DNA from: an uncultured virus (IMG/VR IMGVR_UViG_3300030085_003924)
Lineage: Duplodnaviria > Heunggongvirae > Uroviricota > Caudoviricetes
Reading direction: 5' to 3' (one strand)
IMG/VR virus record: IMGVR_UViG_3300030085_003924
Span: 54,675 to 74,674 of that record
Length of the DNA stretch: 20,000 nucleotides
Both the position numbers and the translations under genes were made by a program. Each line of letters begins with the position of its first letter. The first letter of the stretch is position 1. Under the pieces are notes generated by a model. It was not told the DNA's origin, searched no databases, and saw only the letters and a list, made by a program, of their open reading frames with translations. This document shows, piece after piece, positions 10,387-18,037 of this stretch.

Positions 10387-12056
10387 AAATAGTCGGATTT
10401 CAATCTGGACACGATGTTTCATATTGTGTTTTAGAAGATGGTGTACCTATAATACACGAGGAGTTAGAGAGATTTACAAGAGAGAAAGAACCATATGGTG
10501 ATGGTTTAGAAATGTTCTTTAATATAGTCGAAGATGTTGATGAATATAAATACTTTTGTTACGGAAATCCTGGTAATAGAACTGGTAGGATACAGGCAGG
10601 TTCAATGAACACAAATCCTGAATCATCTAAAAAAATGAATGATTTAATTGAAAAAAATGATGGTCAGTTTTATATTATAAGTCATCATCAATCTCATGCA
10701 GCAAATGCATTCTTTTCGAGTAATCATGATGAGGCATTAATCATAACCATTGATGGTGCAGGAGTAGATAAAACTGATTGGGAAGATATTACAAGTGAAC
10801 GAGATGGAACTGATGAATTCTCATTCCCAACATCATTCACTTTTTGGATGGGTAAGGGTAACAAAATCAAACCTTTAGAACGAATACATATGTACGAAAT
10901 TACATTGGGTTCACCTTATAAAATATTCACAAGAGATTTATTTGGTTTATCTGGTGGTTATCCACACGGAAATCAGGCAGGAACGGTAATGGCAATGGCA
11001 TGTATGGGAGATTCTGATAAATATTGGAAGGAGTTTTACGATAGTTTGAAATTAGGTGGTGGTGGACCTTCTGCCTCTAATATGAACTTAGCAAAAAAAT
11101 ACAGAGAGTTGATTGAAAGTGAAGTAGATGAAAAGAAAAAAGAAACTTTAAAGTTTGATGTATCAGCTGGAATACAGAGAGCAGTAGAAACGATAGCGAA
11201 AGAATATATTACACCTTATGTGGATAAATACAATCCTAAAAATATTTGTATGGCTGGTGGTGTGGCATTAAATTCTGTAATCGTTGGTAAAATGTATGAT
11301 TGGTATCCTGATGTTAAAGATATATATGTATGTCCTGTACCATATGATGCAGGGTTGGGAATAGGTTCAGCACAATATGTATATCATCAAGTAATGGATA
11401 ATCCAAGAATTACTTGGAAGGATAATACATCACCTTATTTGGGTAGGACTTATGATTTAGAAGATATTCAAGAATCTTTAAATGAAGTTAAAGATAAAGT
11501 ATCCACAGAAGAAGTAGATGATGATGCTGTAGCTATGTTATTATCAGTAGATAATAATGTTATTTCAGTATTTGGTGGTGGTTCAGAATCAGGTCGTAGA
11601 GCATTAGGAAACAGAAGTATATTAGCAGATCCGAGAAGTCCTGATATGAAAGATATCATAAATGAAAAGGTAAAACACAGACAATGGTTTAGACCATTTG
11701 CTCCAAGTATTACACGAGAGGATGTAAAAGATTGGTTTGAGAAAGATGTAGATAGTCCTTACATGACCGCCGTAATAAAGTTCAAAGAGGAGATGAGAGA
11801 CAAAGTACCAGCTGTAGTTCATTTTGATGGTTCGGCTAGATTACAGACGGTAACAGAGAATGATAACGAATGGTATTACAACTTTATTAAAAAGTTTGAA
11901 TCTATGTCGGGTGTTCCTATTGTATTAAATACAAGTTTTAACGATAGGGAGCCGATTGTTGAAACACCAGAACACGCAATTAATTGTTTTTTACGGACAG
12001 ACATAGACTATTTATATTTTAGAGAGTATGGAATATTAGTGAGGAAAAATGGATAA
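10383..12056 (+). CDS. NodU/CmcH-family O-carbamoyltransferase
   Basis: GHDVS, EELERFTREK, HHQSHAANAF, DGAG, AGGVALN, DAGLGIG, ESGRRALGNRSILADP, VKHRQWFRPFAP, VHFDGSARLQTV, LNTSFN. Start moved from 10353 to the ATGA overlap at 10383. Confidence 0.96.
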   Translation: MKIVGFQSGHDVSYCVLEDGVPIIHEELERFTREKEPYGDGLEMFFNIVEDVDEYKYFCYGNPGNRTGRIQAGSMNTNPESSKKMNDLIEKNDGQFYIISHHQSHAANAFFSSNHDEALIITIDGAGVDKTDWEDITSERDGTDEFSFPTSFTFWMGKGNKIKPLERIHMYEITLGSPYKIFTRDLFGLSGGYPHGNQAGTVMAMACMGDSDKYWKEFYDSLKLGGGGPSASNMNLAKKYRELIESEVDEKKKETLKFDVSAGIQRAVETIAKEYITPYVDKYNPKNICMAGGVALNSVIVGKMYDWYPDVKDIYVCPVPYDAGLGIGSAQYVYHQVMDNPRITWKDNTSPYLGRTYDLEDIQESLNEVKDKVSTEEVDDDAVAMLLSVDNNVISVFGGGSESGRRALGNRSILADPRSPDMKDIINEKVKHRQWFRPFAPSITREDVKDWFEKDVDSPYMTAVIKFKEEMRDKVPAVVHFDGSARLQTVTENDNEWYYNFIKKFESMSGVPIVLNTSFNDREPIVETPEHAINCFLRTDIDYLYFREYGILVRKNG

Positions 12057-13269
12057 GGTAATAAGTTTTATACAACCAAGTAGAAACAATTTAAAATATT
12101 TAAAGTGGTCTTACAATAGTATAAGAAAACACTTAGGATACAGACATGAGATATGTATGTCTGATGATTTCTCGGATGATGGTACTTGGGAATGGATGAA
12201 CGAAATAGTTAAGAAAGACCCGAATGTACAGATACATAGAAATAACGGGCCTGAAAGATTAGGACATACAATTCTATATGATACATTAGTCGATATGGCT
12301 ACCAATGATATTGTGATGATTTATCACGCCGATATGTATGCTTGTCCTAACTTAGATACAGAGATACTTAAACATTTGGAACGAGGTAAGGTAGTAAGTG
12401 CAACACGGATAGAACCACCATTACATCCTGATGGGCCAGAAAAGGTTTTACAAGATTTTGGAATAGAACCTGAGGAGTTTGATGAAGAAGGATTATTGAA
12501 TTTTATAAATCAGACTTGGGAAGGAATGCCAGAAGATAAGATTACTAATGGAATATTTGCTCCGTGGGCGATATACAAAGATGACTTTACAAGTATTGGT
12601 GGACACGACCCGTTATATGCACCACAATCAAAAGAGGACTCGGATATATTCAACAGATTTAAATTGGCTGGTTATGAATTAATTCAGACTTGGGAAGGTT
12701 ATGTTTATCATATGACTTGTAGAGGTTCAAGATTTAAAGATGGGGCTCTTAGAAATCCAGCAGGTCAAGTATTTATGAAGGGTAGAGAATCATCGGAGTG
12801 GTTAGCACAAAACCTTAGAAGTACAAGAAACTTTATTCGTAAATGGGGACATATGGTAAAACACGATGAACTATTACATCCAATTATCCCACCAAAATAT
12901 GATGTAGGATTTGTGGTTAAGAATTGTGACAATAAAATGTTAAGAGAGTTAGAACCTTGGTGTTCGGATATGTATGGTGATTGGGTTGGACATAAAGGAT
13001 TTGGTGTGAATAAATACATTGAAGAAGAACAACCAAACACTCAGTTTGATTTGAGTAAGAAATTACACTCACTCTATACTGAACCTGATAATGATGTGGT
13101 TATTAGGTTTGATGCCAGTAAATTGAATCAAGATAACTTCCAAATAATAGTTAATTTATCAGAGATACTTCAACAAAGCGGTGAAGTCGGTGAGATGGAG
13201 TTAGAAATATTTGAATTTTTTATAAAATCACTTGATACTTATGAAAGAGAATTAATAAATGTTAAATAA
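12049..13269 (+). CDS. GT2-family glycosyltransferase with C-terminal extension
   Basis: ISFIQPSRNN, DDFSDDGT, HADM, IGGHDP, EDSDIFNR, VYH; about 120 extra residues after IIPPKYDVGF. Confidence 0.88.
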   Translation: MDKVISFIQPSRNNLKYLKWSYNSIRKHLGYRHEICMSDDFSDDGTWEWMNEIVKKDPNVQIHRNNGPERLGHTILYDTLVDMATNDIVMIYHADMYACPNLDTEILKHLERGKVVSATRIEPPLHPDGPEKVLQDFGIEPEEFDEEGLLNFINQTWEGMPEDKITNGIFAPWAIYKDDFTSIGGHDPLYAPQSKEDSDIFNRFKLAGYELIQTWEGYVYHMTCRGSRFKDGALRNPAGQVFMKGRESSEWLAQNLRSTRNFIRKWGHMVKHDELLHPIIPPKYDVGFVVKNCDNKMLRELEPWCSDMYGDWVGHKGFGVNKYIEEEQPNTQFDLSKKLHSLYTEPDNDVVIRFDASKLNQDNFQIIVNLSEILQQSGEVGEMELEIFEFFIKSLDTYERELINVK

Positions 13270-13705
13270 AAAAATCTGTATTTTTGGTCCACCATGTGTA
13301 GGTAAGACTACTTTAGCATATACGGCTTTAAAAAATAAAATACCTTCATTTACCACACATGATTATAATCCATCCATGTGGCAAAGTAATGAAGAATTTT
13401 TTACTCGTATACTTAATTTAGATATACCTTTATTTCTTGATGTTGGAGGAAAAAATATTGGTTGGATAGATGGTGGAGATGATATAAAAACAGTATTATT
13501 ATTACCACCAAGAGATGTTTATTTAGAACGAGAGAGAATGGATATTGAAAATATAGGAGAACATAGGAATCAAAGTGGTATACAACACTATGATGACTTA
13601 ATGGAATCAAAATCAGAATTTGATTTAGTTATTGAAGATGTCTTATCTCCACAAGAGATTTTTGATTATATTATTGAAACAATGGAACTTAAAAATGAAT
13701 TATAA
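13259..13705 (+). CDS. Small P-loop kinase (NMP/shikimate/gluconate-kinase-like fold), substrate unknown
   Basis: N-terminal ICIFGPPCVGKTTLA Walker A, LFLDVGG, R..R lid-like segment, DLVIE; 148 aa. Confidence 0.7.
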   Translation: MLNKKICIFGPPCVGKTTLAYTALKNKIPSFTTHDYNPSMWQSNEEFFTRILNLDIPLFLDVGGKNIGWIDGGDDIKTVLLLPPRDVYLERERMDIENIGEHRNQSGIQHYDDLMESKSEFDLVIEDVLSPQEIFDYIIETMELKNEL

Positions 13706-14201
13706 AGATTATATTATAGAAGTACAAGATTTTCCAATCGATGGTGTGAACTTTAAAGACCTTTCACCATTACTTGCCGACCAAGAGACATTTAGGTCTG
13801 CTCTCGTGGAAATGGGAAAGAGAGTCAGACTACCTGATTATTGGATTGGGATAGATTCTCGTGGATACATATTTGCATCAGGTTTAGCCACATATTTTGG
13901 TGGTGGTGTTGTATGTGCAAGGAAAGAAGGAAAGACACCAGGTGATAAGGTATCGGTTAGTTATGATTTAGAATATGGAAGTGCCACATTAGAGATGGGA
14001 AAACTCGGAATGGGTGGTGGAGAGGCCGTAATAGTGGACGATGTTCTCGCCACAGGTGGAACACTCAAGGCAACCAATGAGTTAGCAGAAAGGGCTGGAT
14101 ATAGTGTGGTTGGTAACTTGGTATTGGTTGATTTAAAATATGTACCGAGAGTTGATAATTTTAATTTAAATGTGAGGAGTGTAATAAAATATGAAGATTA
14201 G
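13695..14201 (+). CDS. apt: Adenine phosphoribosyltransferase
   Basis: DFPIDGVNFKDLSPLL, GIDSRGYIF, ARKEGKTPG, YDLEYGSATLE, VIVDDVLATGGT (PRPP loop). Start moved from 13632 to ATG at 13695. Confidence 0.95.
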   Translation: MNYKDYIIEVQDFPIDGVNFKDLSPLLADQETFRSALVEMGKRVRLPDYWIGIDSRGYIFASGLATYFGGGVVCARKEGKTPGDKVSVSYDLEYGSATLEMGKLGMGGGEAVIVDDVLATGGTLKATNELAERAGYSVVGNLVLVDLKYVPRVDNFNLNVRSVIKYED

Positions 14202-14673
14202 AGATATTACGATATTGTCATTAATAGTTTTGGCAGTATTAACAAGATTAATTCCACATCCACCAAATGTAGCACCAATAACAGCAATAGCACTATTCGG
14301 TGGAAGTAGGTTTGATGATAAGAAAATGGCATTTTTATTACCATTATTATGTATGTTTATTTCAGATATATTTTTGGGTTTTAGTGTCATAACACCATTT
14401 GTATATTTGTCATTTATGATGATTTCATATATTGGTATAAATTCAAAAAAAATTAGTAACGGAACAATACTTGGTAGTTCTACATTGTTCTTTTTACTTA
14501 CAAACTTTGGTGTTTGGATGTTGGGGTATCCTTTCACACTTGCTGGATTGGTTAGTTGCTATACTATGGCATTACCATTCTTTGTTAATACAATTATAGG
14601 TGATTTATTTTTCACCCATGCCCTTAGTTATAGTTTCTCTACAATAAAGAAAAAACTACCACAATTAACATAA
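14191..14673 (+). CDS. DUF6580-family membrane protein (ECF S-component-like putative vitamin transporter)
   Basis: About 5-6 hydrophobic segments; RLIPHPPNVAPITAIALFGG, PLLCMFISDIFLG, SSTLFFLLTNFGVW, YPFTLAGLVSCY.MALPFF.N...GDL. Confidence 0.85.
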   Translation: MKIRDITILSLIVLAVLTRLIPHPPNVAPITAIALFGGSRFDDKKMAFLLPLLCMFISDIFLGFSVITPFVYLSFMMISYIGINSKKISNGTILGSSTLFFLLTNFGVWMLGYPFTLAGLVSCYTMALPFFVNTIIGDLFFTHALSYSFSTIKKKLPQLT

Positions 14674-14689
14674 CAGAAAAGGAAACAAA

Positions 14690-15706
14690 ATGAATAAAAT
14701 GGTTATAACTCTAATAACATCGTTGTTATTAATAAGTGGTTGTAGTAATCCAACGGAATCTAATGAACCAGCTATAGTACAAGAATGGGTATTTGTAGCA
14801 AATGAGGGTAACTTTGGTGCCAGTAATGGTTCTATATCTATGATTAATCAAGACGGCATTGTTCTTGAGGTCACAGAAGTTGGAGATGTAGTTCAATCAT
14901 TAGAGGTATACGAAAACAAACTAATCGTGGTTGTAAACAATAGTCATATGATTAAGGTTTATGATATTACAGAAGATGGTTTAGCTTTACCAGGTATCGA
15001 AGTATCAACAGACAACTCAAGTCCAAGAGAACTCGTGGTGGTAGGAGATAAAGTATATTTTACTAATTGGAATACTAAAGATGTAAAGGTATTAAATCTA
15101 TTCAATTATAATATAGAAACTTCTATATCAGTTGATGGATTACCAGAATCAATAGTTTCAGATGGTTCGTATCTTTGGGTAGGAATTATGATGAATGAAG
15201 ATTATAGTTCAGCAAGTAGTGTAGTCAAGATTGATATGAATACTAATTCAGTAGTTGAAACATACGAGGTAGGATTGGGACCAACTTCATTGGAAGTAGA
15301 TGAGGATGAGGTTTATGTAGCAAGAACATTCTATGATGAGAATTGGATTCCATTTTATGGTTCAAGTAAAATAGATGGTTCTGGTATTACTATAAATAAT
15401 TATGGTGCAGGGGTGGCCTGTGGTGGTTCAGTAATGAAATATAATAATGAAATCTATCGTTCATTTGATGGTGGTATAGCAAAATTAGATTTTGAATTAA
15501 ATATAAATACAGCATCAAAGATAGGTTCATATGACCAATCTCAAGTATATTCTACTGAAGTAATCGGAGATTATATATATTTCGGTATTACCAATTATGT
15601 AGATGTGAACCAAGTAAGAGTAGTAGATTTTAATAATAATGAAATCTCTACATATGATGTTGGAATATCACCTGGAGATTTTGCGGTTTGGAAAAATAAT
15701 GAGTAA
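14690..15706 (+). CDS. BtuG-like (YncE/DUF5074-type) beta-propeller surface lipoprotein, putative cobalamin-binding
   Basis: Signal peptide with lipobox LISG-C; motifs NEGNF...N.S, GDVVQS, VVNNSH, SPR, G..PTSL and terminal VGISPGDF..WK are collinear with Bacteroides BtuG2 as recalled (NEGNF..SNA, GDVAQS, VVNNSH, SPR, QPTSL, VGIIPGAFCWK). Confidence 0.8.
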   Translation: MNKMVITLITSLLLISGCSNPTESNEPAIVQEWVFVANEGNFGASNGSISMINQDGIVLEVTEVGDVVQSLEVYENKLIVVVNNSHMIKVYDITEDGLALPGIEVSTDNSSPRELVVVGDKVYFTNWNTKDVKVLNLFNYNIETSISVDGLPESIVSDGSYLWVGIMMNEDYSSASSVVKIDMNTNSVVETYEVGLGPTSLEVDEDEVYVARTFYDENWIPFYGSSKIDGSGITINNYGAGVACGGSVMKYNNEIYRSFDGGIAKLDFELNINTASKIGSYDQSQVYSTEVIGDYIYFGITNYVDVNQVRVVDFNNNEISTYDVGISPGDFAVWKNNE

Positions 15707-16118
15707 AAGAAAAATGTGGAAAGATGCAGATAAATCACTTCTGAAATCTTTACCAAACTTAGATGGTGAAAATCCATACGAATTAAAAATGAAACAACCT
15801 GAATTAACATTCTTGGGTGTGTATGAACAACCTGATTTTGCCACATTGTATATTTTGATGCATCCTAATGGTAAAATAGTTGAGTTAAAATCGTTGAAGA
15901 TATACCTACAACAATATAGGGATATCATAATATCATATGAGAGATTGACAAATGTGATTTACGACCATATGATGGAAGTCTACTCACCACAGAGATTACG
16001 ACTTGTGTTGGATTGTATGCCACGAGGTGGTATCATGTCAAGAGTAACCATCGATTCTGATTGGGCTGTAAAGGGTGGAGAAGAAAAATACAATAGTTGG
16101 GGTGAAGATGTCTGGTAA
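15699..16118 (+). CDS. QueF-like T-fold protein (unimodular preQ0 reductase homolog) lacking the catalytic Cys
   Basis: PELT....QPDFAT, QueF motif VELKSLKIYL..YR, SYE, PRGGI. Start moved from 15639 to ATG at 15699. FLGVYEQPD replaces canonical SLCPxTGQPD. Confidence 0.85.
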   Translation: MSKRKMWKDADKSLLKSLPNLDGENPYELKMKQPELTFLGVYEQPDFATLYILMHPNGKIVELKSLKIYLQQYRDIIISYERLTNVIYDHMMEVYSPQRLRLVLDCMPRGGIMSRVTIDSDWAVKGGEEKYNSWGEDVW

Positions 16119-16816
16119 TGCTATCACAATCATTTTTAATACAACGAGGTTATTGTTGTGGACACGGATGTTTGATGTGTCCATACGAACCCAAACACAC
16201 AAAAGGAAATACTAAACTTATGGGTTATGGTAATGTAGAGAAAAAACCACTCATAGTTTGTGCACTCGAAGTTGAGACACAAGGACAATTGGATGACTAC
16301 GATGTATTATATACAGGAGTTGGTAAGGTTAATGCCACATTCAAACTTACACAGAAGTTTGGTAAACATGGTAGTTATATTCCATATGATATGGTAATCA
16401 ATTATGGAACTGCTGGTAGTAGAAAAATAAAGAAGAAACAATTAGTTGATTGTACGAAGTTTATTCAAAGAGATATGGATGTTACTGGTCTTGGATTCAT
16501 GAGAGGTGAAACACCATTTGAAGATAATCCACCAATAACAATAGAAACATCTAAGGATGTATTTAATCCTATTGGTAGGAGAGCAACTTGTGGTACAGGT
16601 GATAATTTTGCAGAGGATAAATCACAATACTATGGTGAGGTTGTTGATATGGAAGCCTACGGATTGGCAAAGGTATGTTATCACTATGATGTTCCATTTA
16701 TCTCATTCAAATATATTACAGATGGGGCTGATGAACAGGCTCACGAAGATTGGGAAGCAAATCTTGCCGATGGTATAGAAGTATTTAAGGAAAAAATATT
16801 AAAGGAATTGAAATGA
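16118..16816 (+). CDS. DUF5522-like Cys-rich domain fused to MTA/SAH nucleosidase (PNP/UDP superfamily)
   Basis: Residues 1-34: RGYCCGHGCLMCPYEPKH.KGNT. Remainder: VCALEVE, TGVGKVNA, INYGTAGS, TGDNF, VVDMEAYGLAKVC, FKYITDGAD. Confidence 0.85.
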   Translation: MLSQSFLIQRGYCCGHGCLMCPYEPKHTKGNTKLMGYGNVEKKPLIVCALEVETQGQLDDYDVLYTGVGKVNATFKLTQKFGKHGSYIPYDMVINYGTAGSRKIKKKQLVDCTKFIQRDMDVTGLGFMRGETPFEDNPPITIETSKDVFNPIGRRATCGTGDNFAEDKSQYYGEVVDMEAYGLAKVCYHYDVPFISFKYITDGADEQAHEDWEANLADGIEVFKEKILKELK

Positions 16817-17742
16817 AAGTATTAGTAACAGGTGGTGCAGGTTTTGTTGGAACTAACCTTATAAAAAGATTATTAAAAGATGATTACGAGGTGGTATCGG
16901 TAGATAATTACTCAACAGGTAAAAAAGAGAACCATCAGAAAGGGTGTACATATTTTGATTATGATATATCAAGTGAACATACACTTGGAATTTATGTAGA
17001 CCATCAAAACTACCCATCTTGGAGAGAGGTAGAATATGATATTATATTTCATGTTGGAGCACTTGCTAGAATTCAACCATCGTTGAAAGACCCGATGACA
17101 AATATTAAAAATAATGTTCTATCAACATTACACATGATTGAGTTAGCCAAAAAGAACAACACACCCATTGTTTATGCTGGTTCATCATCCAAACACCACG
17201 CACCTTACGGAAGTGCTTATGCGTGGTCTAAGTACGCTGGTGAACAATTGTGTAAACTATATACTGAATGTTATGATTTACCAACTGCAGTATGTAGATT
17301 TTATAATGTATACGGGCCACATCAATTGGTAGATGGAGATTACGCTACCGTACTCGGTATATTTGAAAGACAATATAAAAACAATGAACCATTAACCATT
17401 ACAGATAAGGGTGAACAAAGACGAGATTTTACTCATGTGGATGATATAGTAGATGGATTAATTAAATGTGGTAGGTCTTTATTAATCCCAAACGCTTATC
17501 ATGCTAAAGTTAGTGGTGAGGAATTCGAATTAGGTAGTGGTGTAAATCATTCAATTAATGAGGTAGCTGATATGTTTGGTAAAGATTATCCAAGAAAATA
17601 TGTACCAGCAAGAAAAGGTGAGTATGATAAAACCCTATGTACTGATGATAAGGCACATAAATTGTTGGGATGGAAACCAACAAGAACACTACGAGCATAT
17701 ATTAAGGATTTCTTAGAAACGGAGAGGTTTTTAAACGAATAA
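16813..17742 (+). CDS. NAD-dependent NDP-sugar epimerase/dehydratase (extended SDR)
   Basis: VLVTGGAGFVG, VDNYSTG, FHVGALARIQPS, YAGSSS, YAWSK, RFYNVYGP, GEQRRDFTHVDD. Confidence 0.93.
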   Translation: MKVLVTGGAGFVGTNLIKRLLKDDYEVVSVDNYSTGKKENHQKGCTYFDYDISSEHTLGIYVDHQNYPSWREVEYDIIFHVGALARIQPSLKDPMTNIKNNVLSTLHMIELAKKNNTPIVYAGSSSKHHAPYGSAYAWSKYAGEQLCKLYTECYDLPTAVCRFYNVYGPHQLVDGDYATVLGIFERQYKNNEPLTITDKGEQRRDFTHVDDIVDGLIKCGRSLLIPNAYHAKVSGEEFELGSGVNHSINEVADMFGKDYPRKYVPARKGEYDKTLCTDDKAHKLLGWKPTRTLRAYIKDFLETERFLNE

Positions 17743-17748
17743 AATCTA

Positions 17749-17991
17749 ATGACATACTATTTATTATTGGAAGGTGATTCTGAGAAAGACGCCTATTATG
17801 ACTCAAATGTTTTAGGAGAAGAAAGTTTTGGAATGTTTTATGCAGGTCAAGGTATGGTAGCCTTAACCAATATAGTAAACAAAAAACCTAAATTAATCGA
17901 AACCATCAAGATTCTTGATGATTATAAGAAATCGTACACTCTTACAGAATTTTTTGACATTTTATCTAAATTAAAGATAAAAAGTCCTTGA
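17749..17991 (+). CDS. Hypothetical protein (80 aa)
   Basis: Fills the space after the epimerase on the coding strand with typical codon usage; no recognisable motif. Confidence 0.7.
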   Translation: MTYYLLLEGDSEKDAYYDSNVLGEESFGMFYAGQGMVALTNIVNKKPKLIETIKILDDYKKSYTLTEFFDILSKLKIKSP

Positions 17992-18016
17992 CTTTTATGT
18001 GCTTTTTTTGTAAGAT
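17988..18016 (+). promoter_or_regulatory. Sigma70-type promoter: TTGACT-N17-TAAGAT
   Basis: -35 TTGACT at 17988-17993, exactly 17 nt spacer, -10 TAAGAT at 18011-18016, then GGAG (18027-18030) and ATG at 18038, in one of the few intergenic gaps. Confidence 0.7.
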
Positions 18017-18037
18017 CGTACATAGTGGAGAAATACA

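Noticed and set aside
18..13269. True Nod-factor biosynthesis locus
   Set aside because: No nodA/nodB/nodC homologs; the similarity is limited to tailoring-enzyme classes common in glycan loci.
13695..14201. Locally higher GC in apt as a sign of recent horizontal acquisition
   Set aside because: Explainable by Gly/Ala/Val-rich sequence, and the gene shares the GATC avoidance (GAC-CTT, GAC-CAA).
14100..14690. Cobalamin riboswitch upstream of DUF6580/btuG-like genes
   Set aside because: No intergenic space (overlap at 14191-14201, 16 nt gap before 14690) and no B12-box-like sequence seen.
2124..15698. Longer starts given by the ORF track (2124, 10353, 13632, 15639)
   Set aside because: They overlap upstream genes more deeply; ATGs at 2139, 10383, 13695 and 15699 match family N-termini and the coupling pattern.
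16557..16778. 73-aa + strand ORF in an alternative frame inside the nucleosidase
   Set aside because: Nested in a conserved enzyme domain with no recognisable features.
17992..18010. T-rich tract as a rho-independent terminator
   Set aside because: No convincing GC-rich hairpin precedes it; it fits better as the promoter spacer.
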